Shown here: positions 1 through 9,305 of the stretch, in pieces | Layout: each line of letters starts with the position of its first letter | Numbering within the stretch: position 1 is the stretch's first letter | NCBI GenBank assembly: GCA_964510655.1 | Contig: CAZEAY010000001.1 | Coordinates: 33,421 to 97,420 of the forward strand | Origin: an uncultured Candidatus Saccharibacteria bacterium | GTDB lineage: Bacteria > Patescibacteriota > Minisyncoccia > Phycocordibacterales > XYD1-FULL-46-19 | Direction: 5' to 3' | Length of the DNA stretch: 64,000 nt | Program-made: the position numbers and the translations under genes | The notes under the pieces: model-generated | Told to the model about the DNA's origin: nothing | Databases searched by the model: none | The model's input: the letters and a program-made list of their open reading frames with translations, nothing else

Positions 1-594
1 GCTTAGGAATGATCCCTAAGGTGGTGTTTTCGATAAAGGCTGGATAAGGTTTTTTAAGGATAAAATGAATTTCTCGGTCACTTACTTTATTAACATTGAC
101 TCCGTCCCAAGAAGCTCGTTTTGGACTTTTTAGATTAGGGTCTTGGATTTTTTGAATTGTGAAAACAACATCATCTGCAGTTATATTTGCTCCATCATGC
201 CAGGTGAGATCCTTTTTTAAAATAAAAGTGTAAATTAACCCATCAGGAGAAATGGAGTAGCTTTCGGCAAGGTCGGGAATAATTTCACCAGCGCTGTTTA
301 TTTTTGTTAGACCAGAATAAACAAGAGCAGTTAAGTCTCGATCAGAGTCGGTAATAGCTAAGAGAGGATTGATATGATTTGGAAAACCAACAATTCCCTC
401 TGTTAGAGATCCACCAGAAACAGCGGCATTGACTAGAAAGTTGTTGTTGATCGTCCAAACTATTCCTATTAAACTACTCACAAAAACCGTTGCTAAAATA
501 AATAGATAAGTTTTTTGACGTAAAGAAAATGAAGACACCGCTTGATAAAGCTCTTGACGCAAAGGGATTTTACCCTGATTAGACGATGGGGGCA
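1..594 (-). CDS. ABC transporter substrate-binding protein, family 5 (OppA/DppA/NikA-like); N-terminal part only, the gene continues beyond the window start
   Basis: My own minus-strand translation from ATG (complement of 592-594): MPPSSNQGKIPLRQ..., then a TM/signal-like segment and the conserved SBP_bac_5 core (…YSGLTKINSAGEIIPDLAESYSISPDGLIYTFILKKDLTWHDGANITADDVVFT…). Not in the ORF track because it is truncated. Confidence 0.7.
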
Positions 595-738
595 TGGAGA
601 TGAATTAGAAATTTAAAATTAGAATAGGGGAAAATTGGACAGAATTTAAAGAAGAAAGAATATAGAATTATAAAGGATTGGAAACCGTATTCTTATCCAT
701 TCTTTAATTCTTTTTTCTTAGTTCTCCAACATACTTGG

Positions 739-972
739 CTAGTGAATTTGAAGATATGAACTCAAAAGAGTGGCTGCCAAAAATAGAGCAGCTAAGATGA
801 TTGTTCCTACAAACATGGTTTTTTCGGCTCCCCTTTTTGTGCGAAAAGGGTTGGAACCAGAGGCTCCACCAAAAGCACCACCAAGACCAGCATCGCTTTG
901 TTGTAATAAAATAGCGCCTACCAGTAAGACGGAGAGGATAATTTGGATTATCGGCAAAACAGAGGCTAACAT
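739..972 (-). CDS. secG: preprotein translocase subunit SecG
   Basis: 77 aa, two TM segments, the typical SecG LLQxxxDAGLGGAFGG(A)SG glycine-rich motif. Overlapping ORFs 704..1012(-) and 770..1006(+) are treated as spurious. Confidence 0.8.
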   Translation of the reverse strand: MLASVLPIIQIILSVLLVGAILLQQSDAGLGGAFGGASGSNPFRTKRGAEKTMFVGTIILAALFLAATLLSSYLQIH

Positions 973-1117
973 AATTACCAGTCATGATAACAGAAAAGGT
1001 CATTAAAGGCAATAGTTTAAAATTTGAGGTATGTAAAAAACTTAAATACTTGATAATTATTTGCTATAATATAGGAGTAGAATTTAATCAGGTTTTTTAA
1101 CTACTTAAATAAAAATT

Positions 1118-1660
1118 ATGACTATATTTTTGATTGTTTTGGCTGTTGTCGTGGTCTGGCTAATCATGTCTTACAACGGTTTTGTAGTTTTGGTCAATCG
1201 GACTAAAGAGGCTTGGGCTGATATCGATGTCCAGCTAAAGAGACGTCATGATCTGATTCCTAATCTGATTGCAACCGTCAAGGGTTATGCTGCTCACGAG
1301 GAAGGTGTCTTTACTAAAGTGGCTGAGGCTAGGGCCAAGGCTTTATCGGCTGGTACAGTGGCGGAAAAAAGTCAGGCTGAGAATATGCTTACCGATGCTC
1401 TAAAAAGTGTCTTTGCCGTGGCGGAAGCTTATCCTCAATTGCGAGCGGTGGAATCTTTTACTAGTTTACAGACTGAGTTAGCTGACACGGAAAATAAAAT
1501 CCAAGCGGCCCGCCGTTTCTATAATGGTAATGTTCGCGATTTGAACACAAAAATCGAATCTTTCCCTGGTAATATCATTGCTAGCAGTTTCAAGTTTTCC
1601 AAACAAGAATTCTTTGAGATTGAAAATGATGAAAAGGCTCCAGTTGAAGTTAAGTTTTAG
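1118..1660 (+). CDS. lemA: LemA family protein
   Basis: N-terminal TM followed by the conserved LemA core (YNGFVVLVNRTKEAWADIDVQLKRRHDLIPNL…). Confidence 0.85.
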   Translation: MTIFLIVLAVVVVWLIMSYNGFVVLVNRTKEAWADIDVQLKRRHDLIPNLIATVKGYAAHEEGVFTKVAEARAKALSAGTVAEKSQAENMLTDALKSVFAVAEAYPQLRAVESFTSLQTELADTENKIQAARRFYNGNVRDLNTKIESFPGNIIASSFKFSKQEFFEIENDEKAPVEVKF

Positions 1661-1665
1661 TTTTT

Positions 1666-2550
1666 ATGGCCACACTTTATACACAGCAAGATAACAATGT
1701 CCGTAAAACTTGGTTTTTATTGACCGTATTCTTGGTTGTGGTGATTGGAGTAGGTTGGGTTTTTGGTCAAGCTTATAATAATCCAGCGATACTATATATA
1801 GCAATTATTTTTAGTTTAGTGATGAATGTGGCTAGTTATTGGTGGTCAGATAAGATTGTTTTGTCGATGTCTGGAGCAAAGCCGGCTGAACACGATACCC
1901 ATCAAGAACTTTTCCATATTGTTGAGAATCTCTCGATTACCGCGGGTTTGCCCATGCCGAAGGTTTATATCATAAATGATTCGGCCCCTAATGCTTTTGC
2001 CACCGGGCGAAATAAAGAACATGCCGTGGTTGCTGTAACCACCGGTTTACTAGGGATACTTAATAAAAATGAACTAGAGGGGGTGATTGCTCATGAACTG
2101 TCGCATATTGGTAATCGTGATATTTTACTGTCTACCGTTGTGGTCGTTTTAGTTGGTTTTGTTGCGATGGCTTCAGATATTTTTATGCGTTCAATGATGT
2201 TTGGAAGTCGGGATAACGATAATAAATCTGGTGGAATTTGGATTATTATTGGTGTGGTGGCAGCCATTTTAGCACCAATCTCCGCTACCCTTATCCAGTT
2301 GGCTATTTCCCGGAAACGTGAATTTTTAGCTGATGCTTCGGGGGCATTACTTACTCGTTATCCTGAAGGTTTGGCTAGTGCCTTGCAAAAAATTTCCCAA
2401 AACGGGCAACCGCTGAAAAAAGCTAGCACGGCTACCGCTCATTTGTTTATTGCTAATCCTTTCGGTAGTAAATCTATGCGTGGTATGGCAAAACTTTTTA
2501 TGACGCATCCACCGGTGGAGGAAAGAGTACAGGCCTTGCTGAATAAATAG
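1666..2550 (+). CDS. htpX: zinc metalloprotease HtpX (M48 family)
   Basis: HELSH(IGNRD) HExxH motif, four TM segments, C-terminal HPP(V)EER motif. Six-bp gap after lemA suggests an operon. Confidence 0.85.
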   Translation: MATLYTQQDNNVRKTWFLLTVFLVVVIGVGWVFGQAYNNPAILYIAIIFSLVMNVASYWWSDKIVLSMSGAKPAEHDTHQELFHIVENLSITAGLPMPKVYIINDSAPNAFATGRNKEHAVVAVTTGLLGILNKNELEGVIAHELSHIGNRDILLSTVVVVLVGFVAMASDIFMRSMMFGSRDNDNKSGGIWIIIGVVAAILAPISATLIQLAISRKREFLADASGALLTRYPEGLASALQKISQNGQPLKKASTATAHLFIANPFGSKSMRGMAKLFMTHPPVEERVQALLNK

Positions 2551-2593
2551 GTCATTATCTAATTAAAAAAATTACTAAAAATATTTATCGTCT

Positions 2594-3529
2594 ATGAAAG
2601 ATTATTTGCAAAAAATAAAAAATAATATTTGGAATCATTCTTATTATGAAGAGGTTATAACTAAGCCCTTGTCTTCCTCTTTTAAATATTATGCCAAAAT
2701 GACTCTGTGGTTGGCTCTGATCTATACCGCTTTTGTTTCGATTGTTTTTTTGCCGGGGTTTATTGATCTCTCTCGTGACGTTATTTCTGGGGTAGTTGGA
2801 TCTTATCCGGCGGAACTCCAAGTTCATTTTCGTGACGGTAAAGCTTCCGTAAATATGCCTGAGCCGATTATTGTTTCTTTGTCTGATAAAGAAAGGACTA
2901 TTTTTAAAAATGCTCAAGTAAAATGGGGGGTTCCAGAAAATTTGTTTGTGATCGATACTCGCACCAATTTTAATTTAACTGAATTTTCCAACTATCGATC
3001 GTTGATGGTTTTGAAAAAAGATGCTTTTGCTGGCGTTGGTAGTAATGGTGAAGTTCGTGTTTCTAATGTTCCATCTGGTAATGTGATCATCTCAGGAGCC
3101 GATATTAAAAGAGTTGCCAATAAACTGCAGACGGCTATTTTAGTTCTGGCTCCTTTGGGAGTATTAATGGTTTATTTGCTAGGAGTGTTGTTCTTTATTT
3201 TGACTATTGGTTATTTGATTCTAATCGCCCTGTTTGCTTGGTTACTTTTGTATATCGCTAAGCGCAATATTACCTTCAAACAATCTTTAGCGGTTACTCT
3301 TCATGCAAGTACCTTTGCCTTATTGATTAACTTTTTAATTTTTGTTTTATACCCTAGCTTATCTTTGAATTTTCCTTTCTTAGTAACCTTTACTCTCTTG
3401 ATTACTTATCTTAACCTGGTTCGTAAACCTAAGGTGACAGTGACTATTCCGGCCAATGTGGCAGTTGATACGGTGGCAAAAGCGGAAGAAAAGGAGAAGG
3501 AAGAAGAGGTAAAGGAGAAAAAAGATTAA
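2594..3529 (+). CDS. hypothetical polytopic membrane protein with a KE-rich C-terminal tail
   Basis: ORF with several predicted TM helices; no motif recognised. Confidence 0.4.
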   Translation: MKDYLQKIKNNIWNHSYYEEVITKPLSSSFKYYAKMTLWLALIYTAFVSIVFLPGFIDLSRDVISGVVGSYPAELQVHFRDGKASVNMPEPIIVSLSDKERTIFKNAQVKWGVPENLFVIDTRTNFNLTEFSNYRSLMVLKKDAFAGVGSNGEVRVSNVPSGNVIISGADIKRVANKLQTAILVLAPLGVLMVYLLGVLFFILTIGYLILIALFAWLLLYIAKRNITFKQSLAVTLHASTFALLINFLIFVLYPSLSLNFPFLVTFTLLITYLNLVRKPKVTVTIPANVAVDTVAKAEEKEKEEEVKEKKD

Positions 3530-3550
3530 TCTAACACTCTCTTCTTAATA

Positions 3551-3583
3551 AAAAAAAGAACGACCCGCGTCGTTCTTTTTTGG
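3551..3583. terminator. bidirectional intrinsic terminator between convergent genes
   Basis: A-run, then hairpin gaacgacccgcgtcgttc, then T-run. Confidence 0.7.
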
Positions 3584-3584
3584 T

Positions 3585-4271
3585 TTATTTTAGAAGAAAT
3601 CTTAAAGTAGAGACAAGACGAATCTTTTTATATTCTGGTGAACCTGGATCTTTGTTCTCTATCTCAAAGACTCCCTGATTTCCGCGCGCTACACTGCCGA
3701 CAATCGAATTAGAGTTTTTAGCAAATTGTGAAGCTGTAACTTTGGCATTTTTTATCGCCTCAGCCAACATTTCTGGCTTGATGCTGTTTAGGTCTGAAAA
3801 TTCGAAGGAAATATTATTTTGACTCAAAACTACTCCATTTTTTACTAACAATAAAGTTTCGTTTGAGACGGATTTAGCCAAATCCACTTTTTTCGTATAG
3901 ACCGAAACTTGGTTATTGGAATTATATCTAAAAGCGGAATCGCGAAAAGTGTCTTGATAAATATTAACTGGGGCGATATTTATTTCGCTGTCTTCAAAGC
4001 CTCGTTGCTTTAGGAAGGCTCGAATGGTAGTAATATTTTTTTCAATCCCAGAGTAGAGTTCATCGACATTGTTTGATTTTACTTCGAAACTCATGGCCCA
4101 AATAGCAGTGTCGGCTTTAACTATTTTTTCTGATAGCCCTTTGACTTCAACATAAGAGGCCTGCTCGGAAAAATGTTGGGCCGAAATAAAGACTACCCCC
4201 GCTAATAAAAGAGTAATAATGATACTGGTGCTAATAAAAGCTAATTTATTATTTTTTATATTTTCCATCAT
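3585..4271 (-). CDS. SIMPL domain protein (DUF541, YggE-like)
   Basis: N-terminal signal/TM followed by a sequence pattern typical of SIMPL/DUF541 periplasmic proteins. Confidence 0.6.
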   Translation of the reverse strand: MMENIKNNKLAFISTSIIITLLLAGVVFISAQHFSEQASYVEVKGLSEKIVKADTAIWAMSFEVKSNNVDELYSGIEKNITTIRAFLKQRGFEDSEINIAPVNIYQDTFRDSAFRYNSNNQVSVYTKKVDLAKSVSNETLLLVKNGVVLSQNNISFEFSDLNSIKPEMLAEAIKNAKVTASQFAKNSNSIVGSVARGNQGVFEIENKDPGSPEYKKIRLVSTLRFLLK

Positions 4272-4379
4272 TTTGTGATTATAACATAAAATATAAATAG
4301 TTCAGACTACTGTACTGTTTTGTGTTATTGCCAAAGAGCTCTTTTTTGGTTATGATTGGCGAGTAAAAGTTTTAATTAT

Positions 4380-4504
4380 GGCTAAACCATTTTGATCACA
4401 AAATGGTCGCCCGAACAAATTTTTACTAAAATCTGTTTTAAGGCTAAACCAGTTTTTACGAGAAACTGGTCGCCCGAACATTTTTCTACTGAAAAATGTT
4501 TTAG
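4380..4504. repeat. two tandem copies (about 62 bp each) of a doubly palindromic repeat built around 'tCGCCCGAACA'
   Basis: Unit A (4380-4441) and unit B (4442-4504) each read GGCTAAAcc-[palindrome 1]-tCGCCCGAACA-[palindrome 2]-TTTTA(A)GG. Palindrome 1 is ccattttgatcacaaaatgg in unit A and ccagtttttacgagaaactgg in unit B. A third copy lies at 38989-39053. Confidence 0.8.
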
Positions 4505-4593
4505 GGAGGGGTCGCATAGTGGTCTAGTGCGCGCGCTTGGAAAGCGCGTAAGGTGTCAAAGCCTTCGAGGGTTCGAATCCCTCCCTCTCCGCC
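4505..4593 (+). tRNA. tRNA-Ser (anticodon GGA), class II with long variable arm, CCA not encoded
   Basis: Acceptor GGAGGGG/CCTCTCC. Anticodon stem CGCGC/GCGCG with loop TTGGAAA. Long variable arm. T-arm GAGGG-TTCGAAT-CCCTC. Confidence 0.85.
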
Positions 4594-4781
4594 TTCGCCT
4601 CGCAGTGGCTTGGCTTCGGCGTGACACAGTCCGTGGGAGTACTATTATTTACTATGTTTATTCTTTGAGGTATTGAAGTGAAAAAGAAAAATTAGTAACT
4701 CGTGACCGAATTTCTCTCCGCCTAAAAAATAACCCGCACTTGTTAGGTGCGGGTCTTTCGTTGTCAACATGATAAAGTCGA

Positions 4782-5219
4782 CTAAGTGAGGGAAGTCTTT
4801 GGATAAGGGACAGCTTCCTCCGGAATCGTTGAGATATTCACCAAGGCTAGGTAAAACGGACTCTCCTTGATTCCAAGTTGGGTCGAACAGATGAAGTGAC
4901 CCTTTTTGTGAGAAGGTTCGTTTATCAGGGTCGGGTAGGAAATCCGACCAGTTACCCGTGTTCCGCTTTCTCCAATACTCAAGTTGAGTCCACGGAAAAG
5001 GGTGGCGCCGTCGATAAACCTACCGTAGGCATTGATCTTGCCGTGTCCATCGTAGACGACCAGAGTTTCTACCGCCCCACTGGTTAATCCCAGAGTTAGG
5101 CGTTGTCGATTAAGGTAGGTAAAAACCTTCTCGTATTTCTCTTTGTCTGACCGATGCTTTCTGGTCGTTTTCTTGACTAGCGCTCGAAGTTCTTCTAGCC
5201 TACCTACACTATTTGTCAT
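4782..5219 (-). CDS. hypothetical protein; the ORF is GC-richer than its surroundings
   Basis: 145-aa ORF directly downstream of tRNA-Ser, about 50% GC by eye against an AT-rich background. A terminator-like hairpin (acccgcac…gtgcgggt) lies at about 4730-4755. No recognisable motif. Confidence 0.35.
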   Translation of the reverse strand: MTNSVGRLEELRALVKKTTRKHRSDKEKYEKVFTYLNRQRLTLGLTSGAVETLVVYDGHGKINAYGRFIDGATLFRGLNLSIGESGTRVTGRISYPTLINEPSHKKGHFICSTQLGIKESPFYLALVNISTIPEEAVPYPKTSLT

Positions 5220-5417
5220 GAGACCTTCCTCTTTCTTTTTTCTGTTTAAACCATACTACAAAAATAAATTTTTGACCATAGTATTTTTTCTTAGCAATTA
5301 TTTTATTAAGGTGTATTCTGTGGTAAGCTTGGACAGTGGGTAGTCAGCTAGACATAATGGTGGTACAATAAGGGGGTTCTATTTATCAGTAGAAGATTAA
5401 TAAATAATTAGAAATTT

Positions 5418-5672
5418 ATGGCGACAGCAAATTCAGCTTTTATGAAGCCAATGACCATCAGTGCAGAACTGGCGGAAGTTGTAGGAAAGGGTCCAATGCC
5501 TCGTTCGGAGGTGGTTAAGGCTCTTTGGGTTTATATTAAGAAGAATGATCTTCAAGACCCTAAAAACAAGCGTAATATCGTTGCCGATGCCAATTTGAAA
5601 AAAGTTTTTGGCGGTAAGGACGTTGTTAGTATGTTCGAAATGACTAAGCTTGTTTCCAAGCATTTGTCTTAA
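5418..5672 (+). CDS. SWIB/MDM2 domain protein
   Basis: 84 aa with the SWIB pattern (…RSEVVKALWVYIKKNDLQDP…IVADANLKKVFG…). Confidence 0.8.
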   Translation: MATANSAFMKPMTISAELAEVVGKGPMPRSEVVKALWVYIKKNDLQDPKNKRNIVADANLKKVFGGKDVVSMFEMTKLVSKHLS

Positions 5673-5691
5673 TTTTTTAGAGGAAATTCTT

Positions 5692-5740
5692 ATCACCCGC
5701 CAAACAAATAATTTAATTTGTTTGGCGGGTGATTTGGTTG
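5692..5740 (+). terminator. intrinsic terminator after the SWIB gene
   Basis: Hairpin atcacccgccaaacaaat…atttgtttggcgggtgat followed by a T-rich run. Confidence 0.7.
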
Positions 5741-5766
5741 TTTATATAAAGTAACTTAAAAATTAA

Positions 5767-6399
5767 ATGTCTAAGATAAATTTAATTCTTGTTCGCCATG
5801 GTAAATCGGAATGGAATGCTTTGGGTTTATGGACAGGCTTGACTGATGTTGAATTAACTGAAGAGGGACGAGAAGAGGCCCGTCGAACAGCTAGAACTTT
5901 GGAGGGCTTGGGAATTAATCAAGCTCATGTCTCTGATTTAAAAAGAGCTAAGGAAACTTTGGCTGAAATACAGAAAAGTTTGGATACTCAAGCTTGGCCA
6001 GTTAAGGTTAGTTCTAATCTGAATGAACGTGACTATGGTGTTTATACTGGTAAGAATAAATGGGAAATTCAAAAAGAAGTGGGCGAAGCTAAGTTTTTAG
6101 ATATCAGACGAGGTTGGGATTGTTCTATTCCAGAAGGTGAGACACTTAAAGATGTTTATAATCGAACCGTTCCTTATTATGAAAAAGAAATTCTTCCAGA
6201 TTTGCAGGCCGGAAAGGTTGTTTTAGTTGTAGCTCATGGAAATTCTTTGCGGGCGCTGGCTAAACACTTAGAAGGTATTTCCGACGAAGATGTTGGAAAT
6301 CTAGAAATTACGACGGGGGAAGCTTGGTGTTATTGTATCGATAGTGATGGTAAAATGTTGAGTAAGGAGGTCCGATCTGCTAACTCTAATAAAGTCTAA
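5767..6399 (+). CDS. gpmA: histidine phosphatase family, 2,3-bisphosphoglycerate-dependent phosphoglycerate mutase-like
   Basis: N-terminal LVRHGKSEWN catalytic RHG motif with the GpmA-like pattern (…TGLTDVELTEEG…). Confidence 0.7.
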   Translation: MSKINLILVRHGKSEWNALGLWTGLTDVELTEEGREEARRTARTLEGLGINQAHVSDLKRAKETLAEIQKSLDTQAWPVKVSSNLNERDYGVYTGKNKWEIQKEVGEAKFLDIRRGWDCSIPEGETLKDVYNRTVPYYEKEILPDLQAGKVVLVVAHGNSLRALAKHLEGISDEDVGNLEITTGEAWCYCIDSDGKMLSKEVRSANSNKV

Positions 6400-6400
6400 C

Positions 6401-6440
6401 CTAAACAAAAAAACCGATAACCATCGGTTTTTTTGTTTAG
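6401..6440 (+). terminator. intrinsic terminator
   Basis: aaaaaaaccgat-aacc-atcggttttttt. Confidence 0.7.
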
Positions 6441-6480
6441 GTTTTTATCCTTTTTGGTAATAGGTTATACTAGAGGTCTT

Positions 6481-8184
6481 ATGACGCAAAAAGAAGCCTT
6501 GGATATTTTAAAGATGGGTCACCATGTTTTTTTAACTGGTCCAGCTGGAAGTGGTAAGACTTATGTTTTAAATGAGTATATTAAATATCTCAAGGATCAT
6601 GAGGTAGAAGTTGGTGTCACTGCTTCAACCGGAATTGCCGCTTCTCATATGGGCGGGATGACTATTCATTCTTGGACTGGAATGGGGATTAAAGACGTCT
6701 TAAGTCCTTATGATTTAGAAGATTTAGAGGAAAAACCTTATCTGCGGAAGCGATTGGAAAAAACTAAAGTTTTGATTATTGATGAAATTTCTATGCTCCA
6801 TCATTTCCGTTTGGATATGGTGGAACAAATCATCAGGCAATTGAGAAGAAACAACGAACCTTTTGGTGGTTTGCAGGTAGTTTTTTGTGGAGATTTTTTT
6901 CAGCTCCCTCCGGTTATGAAAGGAGAGGGTCGTTTTGATGAGAACCTCTTTTATGATACTCCATGCACAAATTTTGTTTATCATTCACCTGTTTGGAAAA
7001 ATCTTGATCTGCGAATTTGCTATTTAGAAGAACAACATCGTCAAAATGATCAGTCTTATCTAGAGATTTTAAATGCGATTAGGAGCGATAAGGTTTCACC
7101 GGAAATTAGAGAAAGATTAAATTCTCGCAATAATCAAGCGATAGATCTGGATCTTGAGCCGACTAAATTATATTCCCATAATGTAAATGTTGATTTAGAA
7201 AACGATCGGGAGTTAGAAAAAATTCCGGGACAAATTTTTGAATACGGAATGATTAGTCGGGGACGAGCTCCTCTGGTGGAAACAATAAAAAAGAGTTGTC
7301 TGTCGCCAGAAATTTTACGTTTGAAAAAAGGAGCCCGGGTAATGTTTGTAAAAAATAATTTTGAATTAGGTTTTGTAAATGGCACCCTTGGAGTTGTGAC
7401 TCATTGTGATGAGAATAGTGTTACTGTGAGAACGGTGGCGGGTAAGACAATTAATGTTCCGTTGGCTTCTTGGGTAATCGAAGAAGATGGAAAAATAAAA
7501 GCGGAAATTACCCAATATCCTCTGCGTTTGGCTTGGGCGATTACGGTGCATAAAAGTCAGGGAATGAGTTTAGACGCGGCGTTGGTTGATCTGTCTCGTT
7601 CGTTTGAATCTGGTATGGGTTATGTGGCCTTATCACGAGTGCGCTCTTTAGATGGGTTATCGCTCTTGGGTTTAAATGAAAAAGCCTTAGAGGTGAATGA
7701 GGAAGTCTTGGAATATGACCAGCATTTTGCCGAGGTTAGTGAAGCGCAAGCCGAAGAGTTGAGGCATCTGCATCCGGCGACCGTGAAAGAGCGACAGAGT
7801 GCCTGGATTGAAAAAATTGCGCCGGCTGTTACCGATCGCCTAGGACGGAAGGTAAAATCTAAATCGCAAAAACTAAGCACAGTTGAAGAGACGAAAAAAA
7901 TGATTGAAGAAGGCAAGTCTTTGAAAGAGATAATTAAAGAGCGTAAATTAACTGCTGGCACAATTATTACTCACTGTGAAGAGATTAAAGAGAAGTATCG
8001 GAATTTTGATTTTCGGCCTTTCTTGAAAGCTTCTGGTTTGTCGCAGGCTCGTCAACTTAAAATCAGATTGGCTCTACTTAGAGGAGGAATGGTGGCTGGT
8101 CAATATCCTCTGACACCGGCGAAAGAAATTTTGGGTAATGGTTTTAGTTTTGATGAAATAAAGATGGTTAGATTATCTCTCTAA
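6481..8184 (+). CDS. PIF1/RecD-like ATP-dependent DNA helicase (AAA_30) with a C-terminal HTH domain
   Basis: Walker A GPAGSGKT, helicase motifs (IIDEISM, VVFCGDFFQLPPV, TVHKSQG) and a C-terminal helix-turn-helix region. Start moved to ATG 6481 because the track start at 6433 overlaps the upstream terminator. Confidence 0.7.
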   Translation: MTQKEALDILKMGHHVFLTGPAGSGKTYVLNEYIKYLKDHEVEVGVTASTGIAASHMGGMTIHSWTGMGIKDVLSPYDLEDLEEKPYLRKRLEKTKVLIIDEISMLHHFRLDMVEQIIRQLRRNNEPFGGLQVVFCGDFFQLPPVMKGEGRFDENLFYDTPCTNFVYHSPVWKNLDLRICYLEEQHRQNDQSYLEILNAIRSDKVSPEIRERLNSRNNQAIDLDLEPTKLYSHNVNVDLENDRELEKIPGQIFEYGMISRGRAPLVETIKKSCLSPEILRLKKGARVMFVKNNFELGFVNGTLGVVTHCDENSVTVRTVAGKTINVPLASWVIEEDGKIKAEITQYPLRLAWAITVHKSQGMSLDAALVDLSRSFESGMGYVALSRVRSLDGLSLLGLNEKALEVNEEVLEYDQHFAEVSEAQAEELRHLHPATVKERQSAWIEKIAPAVTDRLGRKVKSKSQKLSTVEETKKMIEEGKSLKEIIKERKLTAGTIITHCEEIKEKYRNFDFRPFLKASGLSQARQLKIRLALLRGGMVAGQYPLTPAKEILGNGFSFDEIKMVRLSL

Positions 8185-8185
8185 A

Positions 8186-8236
8186 ATCAACTAATAAAAA
8201 ATCCCCCAATTGGGGGATTTTTTATTAGTTGATTGG
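8186..8236. terminator. bidirectional terminator
   Basis: aaaaaatcccccaattgggggatttttt. Confidence 0.75.
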
Positions 8237-8239
8237 TAA

Positions 8240-8491
8240 TTATTTTTTCTTCTTGCCTACCAAGTAGATATAGACAATATCCAAAATACCGATGGAATTA
8301 ACCAACAGTAAAAGGATGAACCATGGTTTGCTGCCACGATGAGCGGCTTTCCAAAGAGCCATACCTTTCCAAGCTACAGACCAAATAATTAAAAAGACGA
8401 CTAATGTCGTAACACCGACAGTAGCCAAGATAGCATCTGCGCCAAATACTTGTTTTGGCAAAGTGCTCAAAGTGTTTAATAAGTTATTCAT
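8240..8491 (-). CDS. small two-TM membrane protein (DUF5652-like)
   Basis: 83 aa with two hydrophobic helices and the central motif WKGMALWKAAHRG…WFILLLLVNSIGILDIVY. Confidence 0.45.
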   Translation of the reverse strand: MNNLLNTLSTLPKQVFGADAILATVGVTTLVVFLIIWSVAWKGMALWKAAHRGSKPWFILLLLVNSIGILDIVYIYLVGKKKK

Positions 8492-8608
8492 AATAAATAA
8501 ATTATAACAAACATTATTTTTAATTTGTATAAAAAATGTGGATATCTTTCGCTCGCCTCTTATTTTTGTGGGTTAGAAATTAACTTATATATTTGTTATA
8601 TTTAAAAT

Positions 8609-9262
8609 ATGAAGATAAGAAAAATTGGACACTGTTGTTTGGTCATAGAAACTAAAGGATGGAAGATCATGACTGATCCGGGATTATATAGCATAGCTCA
8701 AGACGAAGAAAAAGATATCGATGTTGTCGTCATTACTCATGAGCATTCAGATCACTTGCATATAGAATCCTTGAAAAAGGTCATTTTAAATAATCCAAAG
8801 GTTAAAATATTCTGCAATAGTAGTGTGGGTAAGCTTTTGAAGGCAGAGGGCTTAAAATATTCATTAGCTGAAGATGGACACTGGGCCTCGATGAATCGGG
8901 GGACTGTTGATACACAGATTCAACTTCATTTTTATGGGGATAAACACGCTACAATTTATAAAGAATTATCTGTTGCTCAAAATACAGGGGTTTTGATTGA
9001 TGAAAAATTTTTTTACCCCGGAGATTGTTTTTATAAAATTGATAGACCTGTAGATATTTTGGCGCTTCCTGTGGCTGGTCCTTGGCTTAAAATATCTGAA
9101 TCAATTGATTATGCTCTTGATGTTAAACCAAGAGTCTGTTTTCCTGTTCATGATGGGATGTTAAAAATAAAAGGGATTGCCCACAAGATGCCTGATAATG
9201 TCTTAAATGCTAATAGAATAAAATTTGTCGTAATAGAAGACGGAAAAGAGGCTGATTTATAG
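8609..9262 (+). CDS. MBL-fold metallo-hydrolase
   Basis: HxHxDH motif (ITHEHSDHLH). Confidence 0.7.
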   Translation: MKIRKIGHCCLVIETKGWKIMTDPGLYSIAQDEEKDIDVVVITHEHSDHLHIESLKKVILNNPKVKIFCNSSVGKLLKAEGLKYSLAEDGHWASMNRGTVDTQIQLHFYGDKHATIYKELSVAQNTGVLIDEKFFYPGDCFYKIDRPVDILALPVAGPWLKISESIDYALDVKPRVCFPVHDGMLKIKGIAHKMPDNVLNANRIKFVVIEDGKEADL

Positions 9263-9305
9263 TTTCTGATCTCGGTACTCTTTATCTTTGTGTTAAAATA
9301 TTTTA

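Noticed and set aside
4392-4676. 94-aa ORF in the six-frame track
   Set aside because: It lies entirely over the tandem palindromic repeats and tRNA-Ser(GGA). A tRNA cloverleaf explains the sequence.}
4782-5219. LAGLIDADG/GIY-YIG homing endonuclease or integrase fragment next to tRNA-Ser
   Set aside because: Sequences such as GRFIDGA are too degenerate and no full motif is present.
6433-6480. Extended N-terminus (MFRFLSFLVIGYTRGL) of the helicase ORF
   Set aside because: It overlaps the terminator hairpin of the upstream gene, so the internal ATG at 6481 was used.
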